From: a virus
DNA length: 64,000 nt
Reading direction: 5' to 3' (one strand)
IMG/VR virus record: IMGVR_UViG_3300029361_000001
The translations under genes were made by a program, and so were the position numbers. The notes beneath the pieces are model-generated. The model had not been told where the DNA came from. It saw only the letters and a list, made by a program, of their open reading frames with translations, and did not search any database. Within the stretch, counting starts at the first letter, position 1. Each line of letters opens with the position of its first letter. Shown piece after piece: positions 38,758-48,459 of this stretch.

Positions 38758-38998
38758 ATCCTTCTGTTATTATTTTGTAAACAAGATCAGTCATATCTTT
38801 GATGGTCTCCATATCATAATCATTAATAACAATATTGAATTTTTGTTCCACCATCATTTCCAGTTCAATTTGATCGATAGAATCTAATCCAAGTTCTTTA
38901 AACGTCACATCTTCTTCATGAACTATATCTATTTCCGAATTAAGAAACTGAGTAATAATTATATCCTCTATTATCTTTCTGATTCTTACTTTTTCCAT
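38747..38998 (-). CDS. Acyl carrier protein-like, 83 aa.
   Basis: LGLDSIDQIELEM matches the phosphopantetheine-attachment DSL motif (DLGADSLDTVELVM). It is small and acidic. Confidence 0.6.
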   Translation of the reverse strand: MEKVRIRKIIEDIIITQFLNSEIDIVHEEDVTFKELGLDSIDQIELEMMVEQKFNIVINDYDMETIKDMTDLVYKIITEGYGK

Positions 38999-39699
38999 TG
39001 CTTTCTAATTTTGTTAAATAAATACGTTTTTATGTTTTTCAATCGCTCTTTGTCTGTTTCAGAACTTCCGGTAAACAAATAATCCGGATTGCCTTTAGCC
39101 GGCGGCGTAGGCAATTTAGATACGGCAAACAACCAATCCATTTCCTTATTCTTCTTAGACTCCAAATAAGGCTCGGTAGCGATCTTAAATTTTTCAGCTA
39201 TTAAGTCAAAGAGCTTTGAGTTTTTAAGGTTCATATGGACTGAAAAAGCCTGAGAAGGCGGTTTCCATATGAAGTTACATAAGCTCATTGTATAATCTCC
39301 TGACTCTGCTATATAAGATTCTGTTACCTGAAGTATGACCTCTTTCTTGAATGAGGTGTTACCCATAAACCAACACAATCTGGATTCCGCTTCTTTTCTG
39401 CTGACACCTATGTCTTTTGAATATGATTCGTACATTCCTATCATAATCTTCAACGTTTCCAGAACCTCGTCTGTCATTTCCGGAGTCTCTATATAATTCA
39501 CAAAAGACGTTCCTTTGTTGGTCAATCTCATCACGCCTGATTTTAATTTCTCAACCAGGCCAAGCTCTATATACCTCCCAGCATCTTCTTCCGGCATGGC
39601 TTCGATCATAACCGTATCCTTCTGTCTTATGGCAAGAAGATTAGCAAGATCATTAGGAGTCATGTCTGATGCTGCAAGTTGTCTGAAATTGATGTACAT
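38986..39699 (-). CDS. Hypothetical protein, 237 aa.
   Basis: ORF. Confidence 0.4.
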   Translation of the reverse strand: MYINFRQLAASDMTPNDLANLLAIRQKDTVMIEAMPEEDAGRYIELGLVEKLKSGVMRLTNKGTSFVNYIETPEMTDEVLETLKIMIGMYESYSKDIGVSRKEAESRLCWFMGNTSFKKEVILQVTESYIAESGDYTMSLCNFIWKPPSQAFSVHMNLKNSKLFDLIAEKFKIATEPYLESKKNKEMDWLFAVSKLPTPPAKGNPDYLFTGSSETDKERLKNIKTYLFNKIRKQWKK

Positions 39700-39701
39700 A
39701 C

Positions 39702-39899
39702 CTAATCAGCTTTAATAAAAATAACATTCTTGTTATCTTGTCTATCAACATGTCCACATAAACCAACAATTATGTCTGTACATGAACAAGAATCGTAATC
39801 TTCGAATATACACCTATCGCATGTATCACCTTCCACACATTTTAATCTTACAAGTCCGGCATCAAATACTTCTCCTACTTTAAATTCCTTCTTTTCCAT
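39702..39899 (-). CDS. Small Cys-rich protein, 65 aa.
   Basis: ORF. Confidence 0.3.
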   Translation of the reverse strand: MEKKEFKVGEVFDAGLVRLKCVEGDTCDRCIFEDYDSCSCTDIIVGLCGHVDRQDNKNVIFIKAD

Positions 39900-39914
39900 A
39901 TTCCCTCCTTGTTT

Positions 39915-40517
39915 TTAACTGTTGTACCCTTCTTTAATAATCGAATTTCTACCGGTAGATACCGACTGTCGAAGATCGTCATGTACAGAATCTACCGTAG
40001 AATACTTGTTTCTGGTTGTAAAAATCACTTCCAGCATCTCCTTGTAATCACCTAAAGCTACTTCGTATCTCGGATCTACTTTGGCTTTTCTTTCAGCCTC
40101 TGCATTACTTTTAGCCAGTTCTCGATCAAGAAGATCTTCTTTGATTCGGTCAGCAATCATATCAAGTTCTTTTTTAATAACTTCTCCTGCTGCCCGAAGT
40201 TGACCTTCTACGTCACCAAGCTGGTCTTGGACGGTACCTATTTCTTTCTTTAGACGATCGTATTCGTTAATCATACCCATATCACCTGCATAGCCGGAAA
40301 AGTCCTTGATTATTTTGGTTCCTTCTTTAAGGAGCTCAATGACTCGTCTTTTACGTTCTCTGCTTATTAAAGACGGAAGACGATAATTCATATCCGCCAC
40401 CGCCTTATCATGTATGGAGTTGATTAAAAACATCTCTCTTTCATCCCCTGCAAATTCAGTAAGAACCAAAAGGAACTTACTTATCAGGTATTCGTTTTCT
40501 TCTACTGTTAGTCTCAT
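39915..40517 (-). CDS. Hypothetical coiled-coil protein, 200 aa.
   Basis: ORF. Confidence 0.4.
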   Translation of the reverse strand: MRLTVEENEYLISKFLLVLTEFAGDEREMFLINSIHDKAVADMNYRLPSLISRERKRRVIELLKEGTKIIKDFSGYAGDMGMINEYDRLKKEIGTVQDQLGDVEGQLRAAGEVIKKELDMIADRIKEDLLDRELAKSNAEAERKAKVDPRYEVALGDYKEMLEVIFTTRNKYSTVDSVHDDLRQSVSTGRNSIIKEGYNS

Positions 40518-40532
40518 GGTTCTTATTTTTTT

Positions 40533-41666
40533 TTAATACAATGACTGTTCTTCTTTTGTCTCTTGTTCTTGTTCCTGATTGCCCGTAACGTCTTCCACAG
40601 TATAGAGCTTGGGCGGCGTCGGCGGCTGGTTGGGGTTCACGAACTTCGTCCCGCCCTCCCCGTACATCCATCCATGCCCCGGCAGGATCTCTGGGTGGAT
40701 TGTATTAGTAAGCTCTTCCATACTAACCTGCCTTACCTTCAGTATATGATGAAACACCAGTCCGGCTGTCCTGAATGATGTTTTGTTTTCAGTTTTAAAC
40801 CTATCAAGAGTCTGATACCAATCTTTCCCAAATATCATATACTTATCCAGCCCGTACCGACGAGGATTATGCAAACCTATCATTAACGTACATAACTGAC
40901 CCAGCGTATCAGACTGGTAAAAATCAGAAAGACGCGGAGGCTGCTCTTGTGGGCTTTTTATCCTTCCTTCTATCTCTCTGTTGAATTGGGATATGATGAG
41001 GAAAAATATGTTTTTATATACTAATTTAGCTTCGTTCATAACCGCCACCAAATCATCTATAGCCGACTTAGGATCTAATCCCATTCTTTTTATCAAAGCA
41101 ATATGATCGACTTTAAATATTATAAGACGTTTGTCTTTGTGTTTGGTAGCTATATGATACACGGCCGCCTCAAACTCTTTTACCGTACACGGAGCATCGA
41201 TGTATATTATGTTATTTCTGATTTCACCTTGAAGGATTTCAAACATCCTCATCTCTTCTACTGTATTAGAATCTTGCCTTCTTAATATTTCAGGAGCCCT
41301 CTTTTTCATATCCTGGCTCATTCTACGAAGAAGAAGATCTTGAGGATTCATTTCGAACTCGCAATTAACAAGAAAATAATCTTCTGCTTGCGGGTTGATC
41401 ATCGGATTCATCACATTTTCCAATATCTTTTGGGCCACATACGATTTACCTACAGATGGCCGGGCTCCTATAGCAATAGCATGCTGAGGAAAAATACCTC
41501 CAAGCAAAGCCTCATCAATATAATCGTATCCTGTTTTAGCGGGGATAAGCTCTCCCCGCCTGTATTTCAAGATATTCTCATACGCCTCTTCCATAACCTG
41601 TTTAGAGGTTTTGAATATCCTTCTTATATCTATTTTATTTTTCAGATCCTCTTGCATTTTTGTCAC
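40533..41666 (-). CDS. DnaB-family replicative helicase (RecA-like C-terminal domain).
   Basis: IAIGARPSVGKSYVAQ aligns with DnaB IIAARPSMGKTAFAL (Walker A). It also has ISQFNREIEGR (the LSQLNR motif) and SDTLGQLCTLMIGLH. Confidence 0.65.
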   Translation of the reverse strand: MTKMQEDLKNKIDIRRIFKTSKQVMEEAYENILKYRRGELIPAKTGYDYIDEALLGGIFPQHAIAIGARPSVGKSYVAQKILENVMNPMINPQAEDYFLVNCEFEMNPQDLLLRRMSQDMKKRAPEILRRQDSNTVEEMRMFEILQGEIRNNIIYIDAPCTVKEFEAAVYHIATKHKDKRLIIFKVDHIALIKRMGLDPKSAIDDLVAVMNEAKLVYKNIFFLIISQFNREIEGRIKSPQEQPPRLSDFYQSDTLGQLCTLMIGLHNPRRYGLDKYMIFGKDWYQTLDRFKTENKTSFRTAGLVFHHILKVRQVSMEELTNTIHPEILPGHGWMYGEGGTKFVNPNQPPTPPKLYTVEDVTGNQEQEQETKEEQSLY

Positions 41667-41958
41667 CTTTCGTATCCGATTTGGATCCCCTATTAGCTTT
41701 TACTGATTTATACCTAAGACCGTTCTTTGTATGAGAACAATCTTTGCCTTTCCTCCAGCCCTTGCCTTTCTTCTTGTCCGTTTCGTAGTTTTTACGACCA
41801 AGCTCTCGGCGTTTGGCTTTCTGTTCCGGTCTGGCATTTATCTCCTTGTCCTTTTTAGCCTTTTTCTTCCTGGCTTCGGGATGAGTCCTGTAGTACTCTG
41901 TTGATCTGCCCATCTTCTTACATTTTTTTTTGATTAATAATAGCACAAAGATAGGCAA
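41635..41958 (-). CDS. Highly basic Lys/Arg-rich small protein, 107 aa.
   Basis: It has runs of K/R and is histone-like or nucleic-acid-binding-like in composition. Confidence 0.4.
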   Translation of the reverse strand: MPIFVLLLIKKKCKKMGRSTEYYRTHPEARKKKAKKDKEINARPEQKAKRRELGRKNYETDKKKGKGWRKGKDCSHTKNGLRYKSVKANRGSKSDTKGDKNARGSEK

Positions 41959-41966
41959 TTCGCGCC

Positions 41967-42533
41967 CTATTTCAACCTGCCGTAGCTCATATCAGGATCA
42001 CACCAGACATACCCGTCTTTCTCATCATGAAGATACTCGGGACATCCTCTGCATGCGCTACTTCCTGACACTATTTGATTGTTCTTATTAGGACACTTAT
42101 CTCCAGGTTTATGCCATTCTATTCTCGAACCTGATCGTTCTTTGTTTGCATGACAGAACTGAAATACTTTTCCCATCGTCTTCTCGCCGAACATACCTAT
42201 ATGCGTGTATTCTTCCGGTATAGAAAGAAATTCAGATAAATCCTTATACATCCTTTCCCGTTCCTCCGGCGTAGACCATAGTCTATCAAGTTCGGCATGG
42301 ACTCTTATCTTAAGAGACCTCAGTGATGGCCCCGCAAGCCGGCCTTTAGCTTTTCCCTTATTCGGCCCTGATTCATGAACACCGACATAAGCATTACATG
42401 GTTTGCACATCATAACCATACCTAAGCCTTTTCTACTATATATTTTATCGGCATTGACCAGCTCGGTTTCTCTTCCGCAATAAGGACAAATTTCGCCTCT
42501 TAAAATCCGTTGTTGCCGCACATTGAGTTCCAT
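41967..42533 (-). CDS. Zinc-ribbon protein, 188 aa (CPYCG…CKPCN…CRGCPEY).
   Basis: Cys pairs. Confidence 0.4.
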   Translation of the reverse strand: MELNVRQQRILRGEICPYCGRETELVNADKIYSRKGLGMVMMCKPCNAYVGVHESGPNKGKAKGRLAGPSLRSLKIRVHAELDRLWSTPEERERMYKDLSEFLSIPEEYTHIGMFGEKTMGKVFQFCHANKERSGSRIEWHKPGDKCPNKNNQIVSGSSACRGCPEYLHDEKDGYVWCDPDMSYGRLK

Positions 42534-42778
42534 ACCCTATCCTTTTGTTTCTCTTTAAACTTTTCATACAAACTGTTTTCAGTTTCCATTTCCGAGATCT
42601 CTACCTCTACGTCCTCTCTTTTGAAAATTACTTTCTTGGCTGTCGGATACGCGCATTTAGAGATACGAATAGCATTACGAATAGCGTAAACAAAATACGT
42701 TTCTGGTGACGATTCGATCACCACTACCTCATTTAAAGTATTTTTATAATTTTCCATGTTGTTATCTACTTGCTTCAA
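42500..42778 (-). CDS. Hypothetical protein, 92 aa.
   Basis: ORF. Confidence 0.3.
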   Translation of the reverse strand: MKQVDNNMENYKNTLNEVVVIESSPETYFVYAIRNAIRISKCAYPTAKKVIFKREDVEVEISEMETENSLYEKFKEKQKDRVWNSMCGNNGF

Positions 42779-43115
42779 TTATATAACCCGGATGATCTTC
42801 ACACGCCTCTTTGTATTTGATAAGAAACTTAAGAAATGAATCATAAGACCCCCATCCATTTTCTGGCTCGTATTTCAAAAGACTTTTTCTCTTGGAGATC
42901 ATAATACATATACCTTTTGTAAGTACATTCTTCATCTCATCGGTATCTATTTCCCTACCCAATTCTTCTGGTCTCCAAACATAATCGTACAGCGTTTCTT
43001 TATTTTCTGATACGAATATTCTTTGTGCCATCTTGTTCATGTTGTGGGTGATGTTCGCAACCCATTCACGATCCTCTTCTTTCTTCTTACTTTTAATATA
43101 AACGTCCAGGCTCAT
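42762..43115 (-). CDS. Hypothetical protein, 117 aa.
   Basis: ORF. Confidence 0.35.
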   Translation of the reverse strand: MSLDVYIKSKKKEEDREWVANITHNMNKMAQRIFVSENKETLYDYVWRPEELGREIDTDEMKNVLTKGICIMISKRKSLLKYEPENGWGSYDSFLKFLIKYKEACEDHPGYIIEASR

Positions 43116-44106
43116 ACTGTTTTTCTTTTACCTTGTTATTGATTATCAAATCTGCCACATCATCTCCGTCTCCTACATTTTCAACATTTTGAAGATAGTC
43201 CGATACTTTTATCCTTGACTTCATCATCATCCCATCTATCTTTTTACTCCATGTCTCAAATGCTTGTCCTTTGTCCGGAAAAGCTACAGTCTTTCTATCT
43301 TTTAAGACATCTATCACTTCCGGCCTTAGATTCTGCAACCCACCGGTAGCTACAAATAACTCATCTGGTTTATTCACAGCGCATATAATAGCCGTCTTTT
43401 CTGATTCCACCAGATTAACCACCTTATCCGGATACTGGCTTAGAAGATGCTCTCCGAACAGGCATTGTCTAAACAAGAAGTCTCTTGCATGCAACGAGTG
43501 ATAAAACATAACATGAGGCCGCTCATTGTCACCGTCTTTTTCCTTCACTCTTTTTACATCAATCTCATTCCCCTGGCCGTCGGTTTTTATATAAAAGTCC
43601 ATGATCTTGCCGGTTCTACATACAAAATCTTTGTCTATCTGCCAGAATATACAACATCCTTTCCATCCCCATAAGTCCATTGTTCCTACATGATACCTCC
43701 TGAATACATCAGACACCCTTTCTTTTCCCCATAGAGACGATAAAAATCTAAATACAGTGTTTCTATCGTCTGGAACCACAGTCCTCTCAAACTCGCTAAA
43801 AGGTATGTAATTTACAACGTCAGGATTTACAGGAGGACGATAAGCTCTTATACACTTGTTTCCCGAAATCCAAAGATCTTTGTCACCTACATCCTTACCA
43901 GTAGGTCGTTTATCGTAACCGCAAGTCCGTTCATGATCGCATCTTCCGAACTCGTTGCCAACAACCTGACCTGTTGCCACATCAATATAAGGAGTGAGGC
44001 ACCGGCTTTTCCCGCAAGCCGGGCAGGTCAGCTTCAGTCGGCTCCTGCCAGGCCTGCGGTCAAGTTGAAACCGAGGTACGTTTTCGTATTTTCTAAAATC
44101 AAGCAT
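43093..44106 (-). CDS. DnaG-type primase (zinc finger plus TOPRIM).
   Basis: It has an N-terminal CPACGK…C..H..C zinc finger and a C-terminal TOPRIM-like segment VVNLVESEKTAIICAVNKPDELFVATGG…VAFPDKGQAFE. Confidence 0.55.
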   Translation of the reverse strand: MLDFRKYENVPRFQLDRRPGRSRLKLTCPACGKSRCLTPYIDVATGQVVGNEFGRCDHERTCGYDKRPTGKDVGDKDLWISGNKCIRAYRPPVNPDVVNYIPFSEFERTVVPDDRNTVFRFLSSLWGKERVSDVFRRYHVGTMDLWGWKGCCIFWQIDKDFVCRTGKIMDFYIKTDGQGNEIDVKRVKEKDGDNERPHVMFYHSLHARDFLFRQCLFGEHLLSQYPDKVVNLVESEKTAIICAVNKPDELFVATGGLQNLRPEVIDVLKDRKTVAFPDKGQAFETWSKKIDGMMMKSRIKVSDYLQNVENVGDGDDVADLIINNKVKEKQYEPGRLY

Positions 44107-44128
44107 CCTTAGCTCCTCTCATTGCTTT

Positions 44129-45457
44129 TTATATCATGAACCTTTTAGATATTTCCTCTGCAATATCATATACAACCGTATGATCCTCTTCATTGTATGG
44201 TTTATTGATATTCAACACTCCTTTTCTCACTTTGAATTTCTTATCTTTTCTAAGGTGATTCAACATACCTTGTTGGAACACACAGTCCGCCTTTTCAAGT
44301 GCTACACTGTCTTCTGTCCATTCTTTCAGCGTATATCCTTTACTGCTCGTGCTTTTTGGAGAAAAGTTCATAATACGTGCATCAATGCCATACCATGCTT
44401 TAACCATTCTTCTTTCAGCTTCCAATTGGAATGCATATGATTCCCATATTCCTCCCGATTTAAAGTCAAGAATGACCACTTCTTCTTTTTCCACTTCTCT
44501 TACTTCCTTCTTCGGATCACCTTTTTTGAACTGTCCGGTAGCCCTTTGATACACGGCTCCAAAATAACCTTCTTCTTTGTATTTGAATGTCATTTTAACC
44601 ATCGCATCAATAGGTGTTGCTACAAGGTAATCCTCTAAAGAAAGGATTCTTTCTATCATCATCGGTTTCACCTTGTAATCAGAACAGAATTTGGCAAACT
44701 TCATGACCCTGACAATCATATCGTCAAGATCATCTATGCTATTAAAGAACCGATCAAGATTTTTCTTAGATATCTTCAGCTTGCCTTCTTGCACTGTCTT
44801 AACCACAAAGCTTCGATTTAAGACCATATCTCTACCTGTTAGGTACAATCCGTATAAGTAGTGCATGATCGTTCCCTTATCGGCTTCATACTGCGCTACC
44901 TCTTCTGGATTGCGACCAAGCATCTTTATCTCTTGCTTCCATTCCTGAAGTGCTGTCTTATCATCTACATACCCATCTTTGATTAAAGTTGTTACCGAAG
45001 CATATATCTTAGCCGTCCCATCATCCATCTTTCTTACATAAAAACGATTATCGTCTAATGTCAATCTTACGAATTTGGGGGTCTCAATCTTCTTTAACTC
45101 ATCACAGATATAAAACGGCTCTAACGTTTCCTGATTTTCTGTAAACGGATTCGAATCTTCCTCTCCAGGGTTAGGATCTGCTTCCTCTGCCGGAGCTTCC
45201 GGTTCTTCTCCCTGGGCCTGCTCTGGCTCAGGCGCCGGCTCTTTAACTACTGGAACCTGTCCGCCTCTTTCTGCTATGTCTCTGTTCTTTATTAAAGACA
45301 TAACCTCCTTCTTCAACTGCTCTGGTGTTTGGTTAGGATCTGACACCGACATCACAACATCGTTCATTCTAAACAACGTATTTCCCTCTCCTTTCACCAT
45401 AGGTACAAACCCTAAATCTATTAATATTTTAATCTTTTCTTCTATCATACCTATCAA
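44129..45457 (-). CDS. Putative PD-(D/E)XK (RecB-family) nuclease with an acidic Pro/Glu-rich linker.
   Basis: VVILDFKSGG followed by YAFQLEAERRM matches the hhDYKTG…QxxxY pattern of RecB-type nucleases. Confidence 0.4.
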   Translation of the reverse strand: MIGMIEEKIKILIDLGFVPMVKGEGNTLFRMNDVVMSVSDPNQTPEQLKKEVMSLIKNRDIAERGGQVPVVKEPAPEPEQAQGEEPEAPAEEADPNPGEEDSNPFTENQETLEPFYICDELKKIETPKFVRLTLDDNRFYVRKMDDGTAKIYASVTTLIKDGYVDDKTALQEWKQEIKMLGRNPEEVAQYEADKGTIMHYLYGLYLTGRDMVLNRSFVVKTVQEGKLKISKKNLDRFFNSIDDLDDMIVRVMKFAKFCSDYKVKPMMIERILSLEDYLVATPIDAMVKMTFKYKEEGYFGAVYQRATGQFKKGDPKKEVREVEKEEVVILDFKSGGIWESYAFQLEAERRMVKAWYGIDARIMNFSPKSTSSKGYTLKEWTEDSVALEKADCVFQQGMLNHLRKDKKFKVRKGVLNINKPYNEEDHTVVYDIAEEISKRFMI

Positions 45458-45956
45458 TTATTTCAATAATCAACCTACCTCTTTCCTTGATCATTCCTCT
45501 GCTTTCCATATCCAGTACCTTCTTTACCGCATACTTCCACACAAAAGGAAATTCTGTTTCAAGTTTATCAAATTCCATCCGGTCAAGATACATGTCGAAT
45601 ACCGTATGCTCCGATTCATGTAGAAAAACTATATTATCTCTGCAAGTGGCAACAGACTTATATATCCTTTTTGGAAGTATGTGACAGACGTTACATACTG
45701 TAGGAAAATGGATAGCCCTACCAGTCATAGACATCCGACTATTATTTAACTCTTCCAGCATAAGACGAAAAAAACCGGATAAATCCGGGTTCTTTAACTT
45801 TTTCTTCTTGCTGCTGTTTTTAATGGATGTAATTCTGTCTTTTTTCTTCGGAGTCAACTCTTTACTCCTGCAAGCCTGGCATAAGCCATGACTTCTTATC
45901 ATCACTTTTCGTCCGCATCGTTCGCAGACGTATAGTTTCTTTTCCTTGCTTTCCAT
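45429..45956 (-). CDS. Zinc-ribbon protein with a possible HNH-like motif.
   Basis: It has CERCGRKV…CQACRSK and CNVCHILPKR…NIVFLHESEH. Confidence 0.3.
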   Translation of the reverse strand: MESKEKKLYVCERCGRKVMIRSHGLCQACRSKELTPKKKDRITSIKNSSKKKKLKNPDLSGFFRLMLEELNNSRMSMTGRAIHFPTVCNVCHILPKRIYKSVATCRDNIVFLHESEHTVFDMYLDRMEFDKLETEFPFVWKYAVKKVLDMESRGMIKERGRLIIEIIDRYDRRKD

Positions 45957-46141
45957 TCGAATAATAATGATATTATTGAAAAGAACAATCCCGCTGAAGC
46001 CAGTAGATAAGGTACGTTCATTAATAATTTAGATACCTCGTCTGTCTTAATCACTATCAGAAGGAAAGCGCCTGCTGAAAGCAATAATATTATCGCCACA
46101 ACAAGCGCTATGTTGGAAACTACATCAGCCTTACTCTTCAC
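45902..46141 (-). CDS. Small membrane protein, 79 aa.
   Basis: It has two hydrophobic helices. Confidence 0.3.
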   Translation of the reverse strand: MKSKADVVSNIALVVAIILLLSAGAFLLIVIKTDEVSKLLMNVPYLLASAGLFFSIISLLFEWKARKRNYTSANDADEK

Positions 46142-46601
46142 TCTTCTTCTCGCCTAATTTTTCAGCTCCCTTCTGAAGATCATATTTGAATACGTCAATG
46201 ATCTTCGTTTCAGCAATAGCTTCGCAATTCCAGTCGCCTAACGTGCCCTGCATGCCTTTAGTCAACACAGCTTCGGCATCCTTGGGATTGCCGGCCTGGA
46301 CATACATATAGCATGGTGTTTTCTTTTCTTTACCTTTCTTTTCATCCAGTGTAATGTAATTCACCTTACACTTATACCAGTACTCAGCTTCTCCGTTGAA
46401 GAAGATTCCCGACACTTTAATAGGATTAATTTTTACAACCTCGAAAGAATTGTACAAATCCTTAAAGATCTCCAAAGATCTTGATTCTGCCTCTGTATAA
46501 GACAAGGCATCTACCAAATACTTTTCAGTTACTTTCTTTTTTTTGCCGTTCTCGATATTATCAATCTCGGCTTTTACCGTAATTTCAAACCAGCGATTCA
46601 T
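46131..46601 (-). CDS. Hypothetical protein, 156 aa.
   Basis: ORF. Confidence 0.4.
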   Translation of the reverse strand: MNRWFEITVKAEIDNIENGKKKKVTEKYLVDALSYTEAESRSLEIFKDLYNSFEVVKINPIKVSGIFFNGEAEYWYKCKVNYITLDEKKGKEKKTPCYMYVQAGNPKDAEAVLTKGMQGTLGDWNCEAIAETKIIDVFKYDLQKGAEKLGEKKSEE

Positions 46602-46613
46602 GTTATTAATATT

Positions 46614-46874
46614 TTAATTAGTTGATTTCTTTCCTTTTTCTATTTCTGTTTGAAGCCTGGCTGAGCACCATTGTAGTACATCCATCATCATCATATTATT
46701 ATTTGATAATACACCTTTTATAACCAAAGCCAGTTGACGAGGAGACATACGCTGACTCATATCAAACCTACATTCTTCTTCGTTTACTATCGTGACCACA
46801 AAATATTTGCAACCTTCTAAATGTATCAGGGCTTCAGCCATAGCCTCTTTAATCTTTTCTTCTCCCTCTTTCAT
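46614..46874 (-). CDS. Hypothetical protein, 86 aa.
   Basis: ORF. Confidence 0.35.
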   Translation of the reverse strand: MKEGEEKIKEAMAEALIHLEGCKYFVVTIVNEEECRFDMSQRMSPRQLALVIKGVLSNNNMMMMDVLQWCSARLQTEIEKGKKSTN

Positions 46875-46942
46875 GTTTCTTACTTTTCGGACAAAGATAT
46901 GTCTTTTGTTGCTTAATAAGAAACAAAATGATTTAATATAAA

Positions 46943-47611
46943 TTAATTTTCTTCCGGGTCAACATCGATAGACATATTGTATCTTTTCCTGATAAAGACT
47001 TCTGTTTCTTCATTAAACGGGTAGGCTTCTTTCAAGAAAGCCATAGCCCGCTCCGCATCTTTATCTGCTATCTCAATATATCTCTCGAAAGTCATGCAAA
47101 GGTCGATGTTGTACGCACGCTCCTGTTTTATCTTGTCCACGTATTTCAATACCCTGTCTTTGATTTCATTGGCTTTTTTCACAGTATCATTGAAAGAATT
47201 TATACTTTCCAATTCTGGATCTTTGTTTTCCTTGTTTACCTTATCAAACTCTTCCTTGCTATATCCCGCTTCTCCTGTAATGGCTGGGCAAACACTTCCA
47301 TTTATGATCCAAAACTGCTCATACGATCCTATCAGAAACTTTGATTCCATTTTAAATGCATTATATTTAATAAGCAAATTAGCCACCTCTGTTGCACCTT
47401 CTATGGTTCTAAAACCGATGCCGATATCTTTTAACATAAATACTGGAACTCCCGTTCTTGGATACACGACTTCTTTTTCGTTCTTTATATTCCAATTTTT
47501 AGCTTTAATTGGAATACCCTTACCAACAAGCTCTTTGTCTATATACAGACTTATCTCTTCGTCTGTCAATGCCACAATCTCATCTCTGCTTAAATCAAAA
47601 ACTGTTTTCAT
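46943..47611 (-). CDS. Hypothetical protein, 222 aa.
   Basis: ORF. Confidence 0.4.
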   Translation of the reverse strand: MKTVFDLSRDEIVALTDEEISLYIDKELVGKGIPIKAKNWNIKNEKEVVYPRTGVPVFMLKDIGIGFRTIEGATEVANLLIKYNAFKMESKFLIGSYEQFWIINGSVCPAITGEAGYSKEEFDKVNKENKDPELESINSFNDTVKKANEIKDRVLKYVDKIKQERAYNIDLCMTFERYIEIADKDAERAMAFLKEAYPFNEETEVFIRKRYNMSIDVDPEEN

Positions 47612-48060
47612 TTTTTTTATTCATTAGATTAAACAACTTACTTCTTTGTTCAGGCTCCGTATATTCCACTCATATATCGGCTGCCACATTCCTCAGAAAT
47701 TCCATAAAGTCTTGATGATCCCTGTATTCAGTAGAATCAACTTTCCTTACAAAATTTATAATTTCTTTTAGTATTTTATTGTTTTCTTCAAGAAGCTCTC
47801 TATCGGTCATGATCTCGTGAAAATATATTATTCAACATGTAATAGGCAGTAAATCTTCGATGTATGCCCATCTTACGATATGGAAAATTCTAACAGCTAT
47901 TTTCCAATTAGACCACTGTGTTGTGGTGTTTCGCTTGCATCATACCACACGCTGTTAATGCGCCATTCTGCACCAGCTTTAAAAAGAGGAACAGCAAATT
48001 CTATATCTTGTTTCATGTCTTATTATTGTTTAATTAATTTAAATATTTTTAGTTTTGAAA

Positions 48061-48306
48061 TTATTTAATATGCTTATCGGCTGGATTGATTATCAATCCA
48101 TCGTCACATGAAGGGAATGATATGTTAGATTCTCCATTATCAAGATTAGCCAGTTTAACCGTTCCAGCATATTCATCATCCACAAAAAACAATTGACCCG
48201 AAGAAACCACAAACCTGCATTGATATGCATTCATCATTGCTCCAAGTTGTCTAATCTTAGTTTTAATCTCTAAAAGTTGAGCGTTGTTGATTATATTCTT
48301 ATTCAT
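48061..48306 (-). CDS. Hypothetical protein, 81 aa.
   Basis: ORF. Confidence 0.3.
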   Translation of the reverse strand: MNKNIINNAQLLEIKTKIRQLGAMMNAYQCRFVVSSGQLFFVDDEYAGTVKLANLDNGESNISFPSCDDGLIINPADKHIK

Positions 48307-48459
48307 ATTTTATTAAAGTTTATCTATTATTTTGTCACCCATTTCCTGCCATTCTTCACTCACGCTTATAACCAATCCTATGACAGTTGATGATAATAAC
48401 AATGTAAAAATAAGCCATAACAGAAAGCAGATAAAAACACATACATACCTCATGATTTT

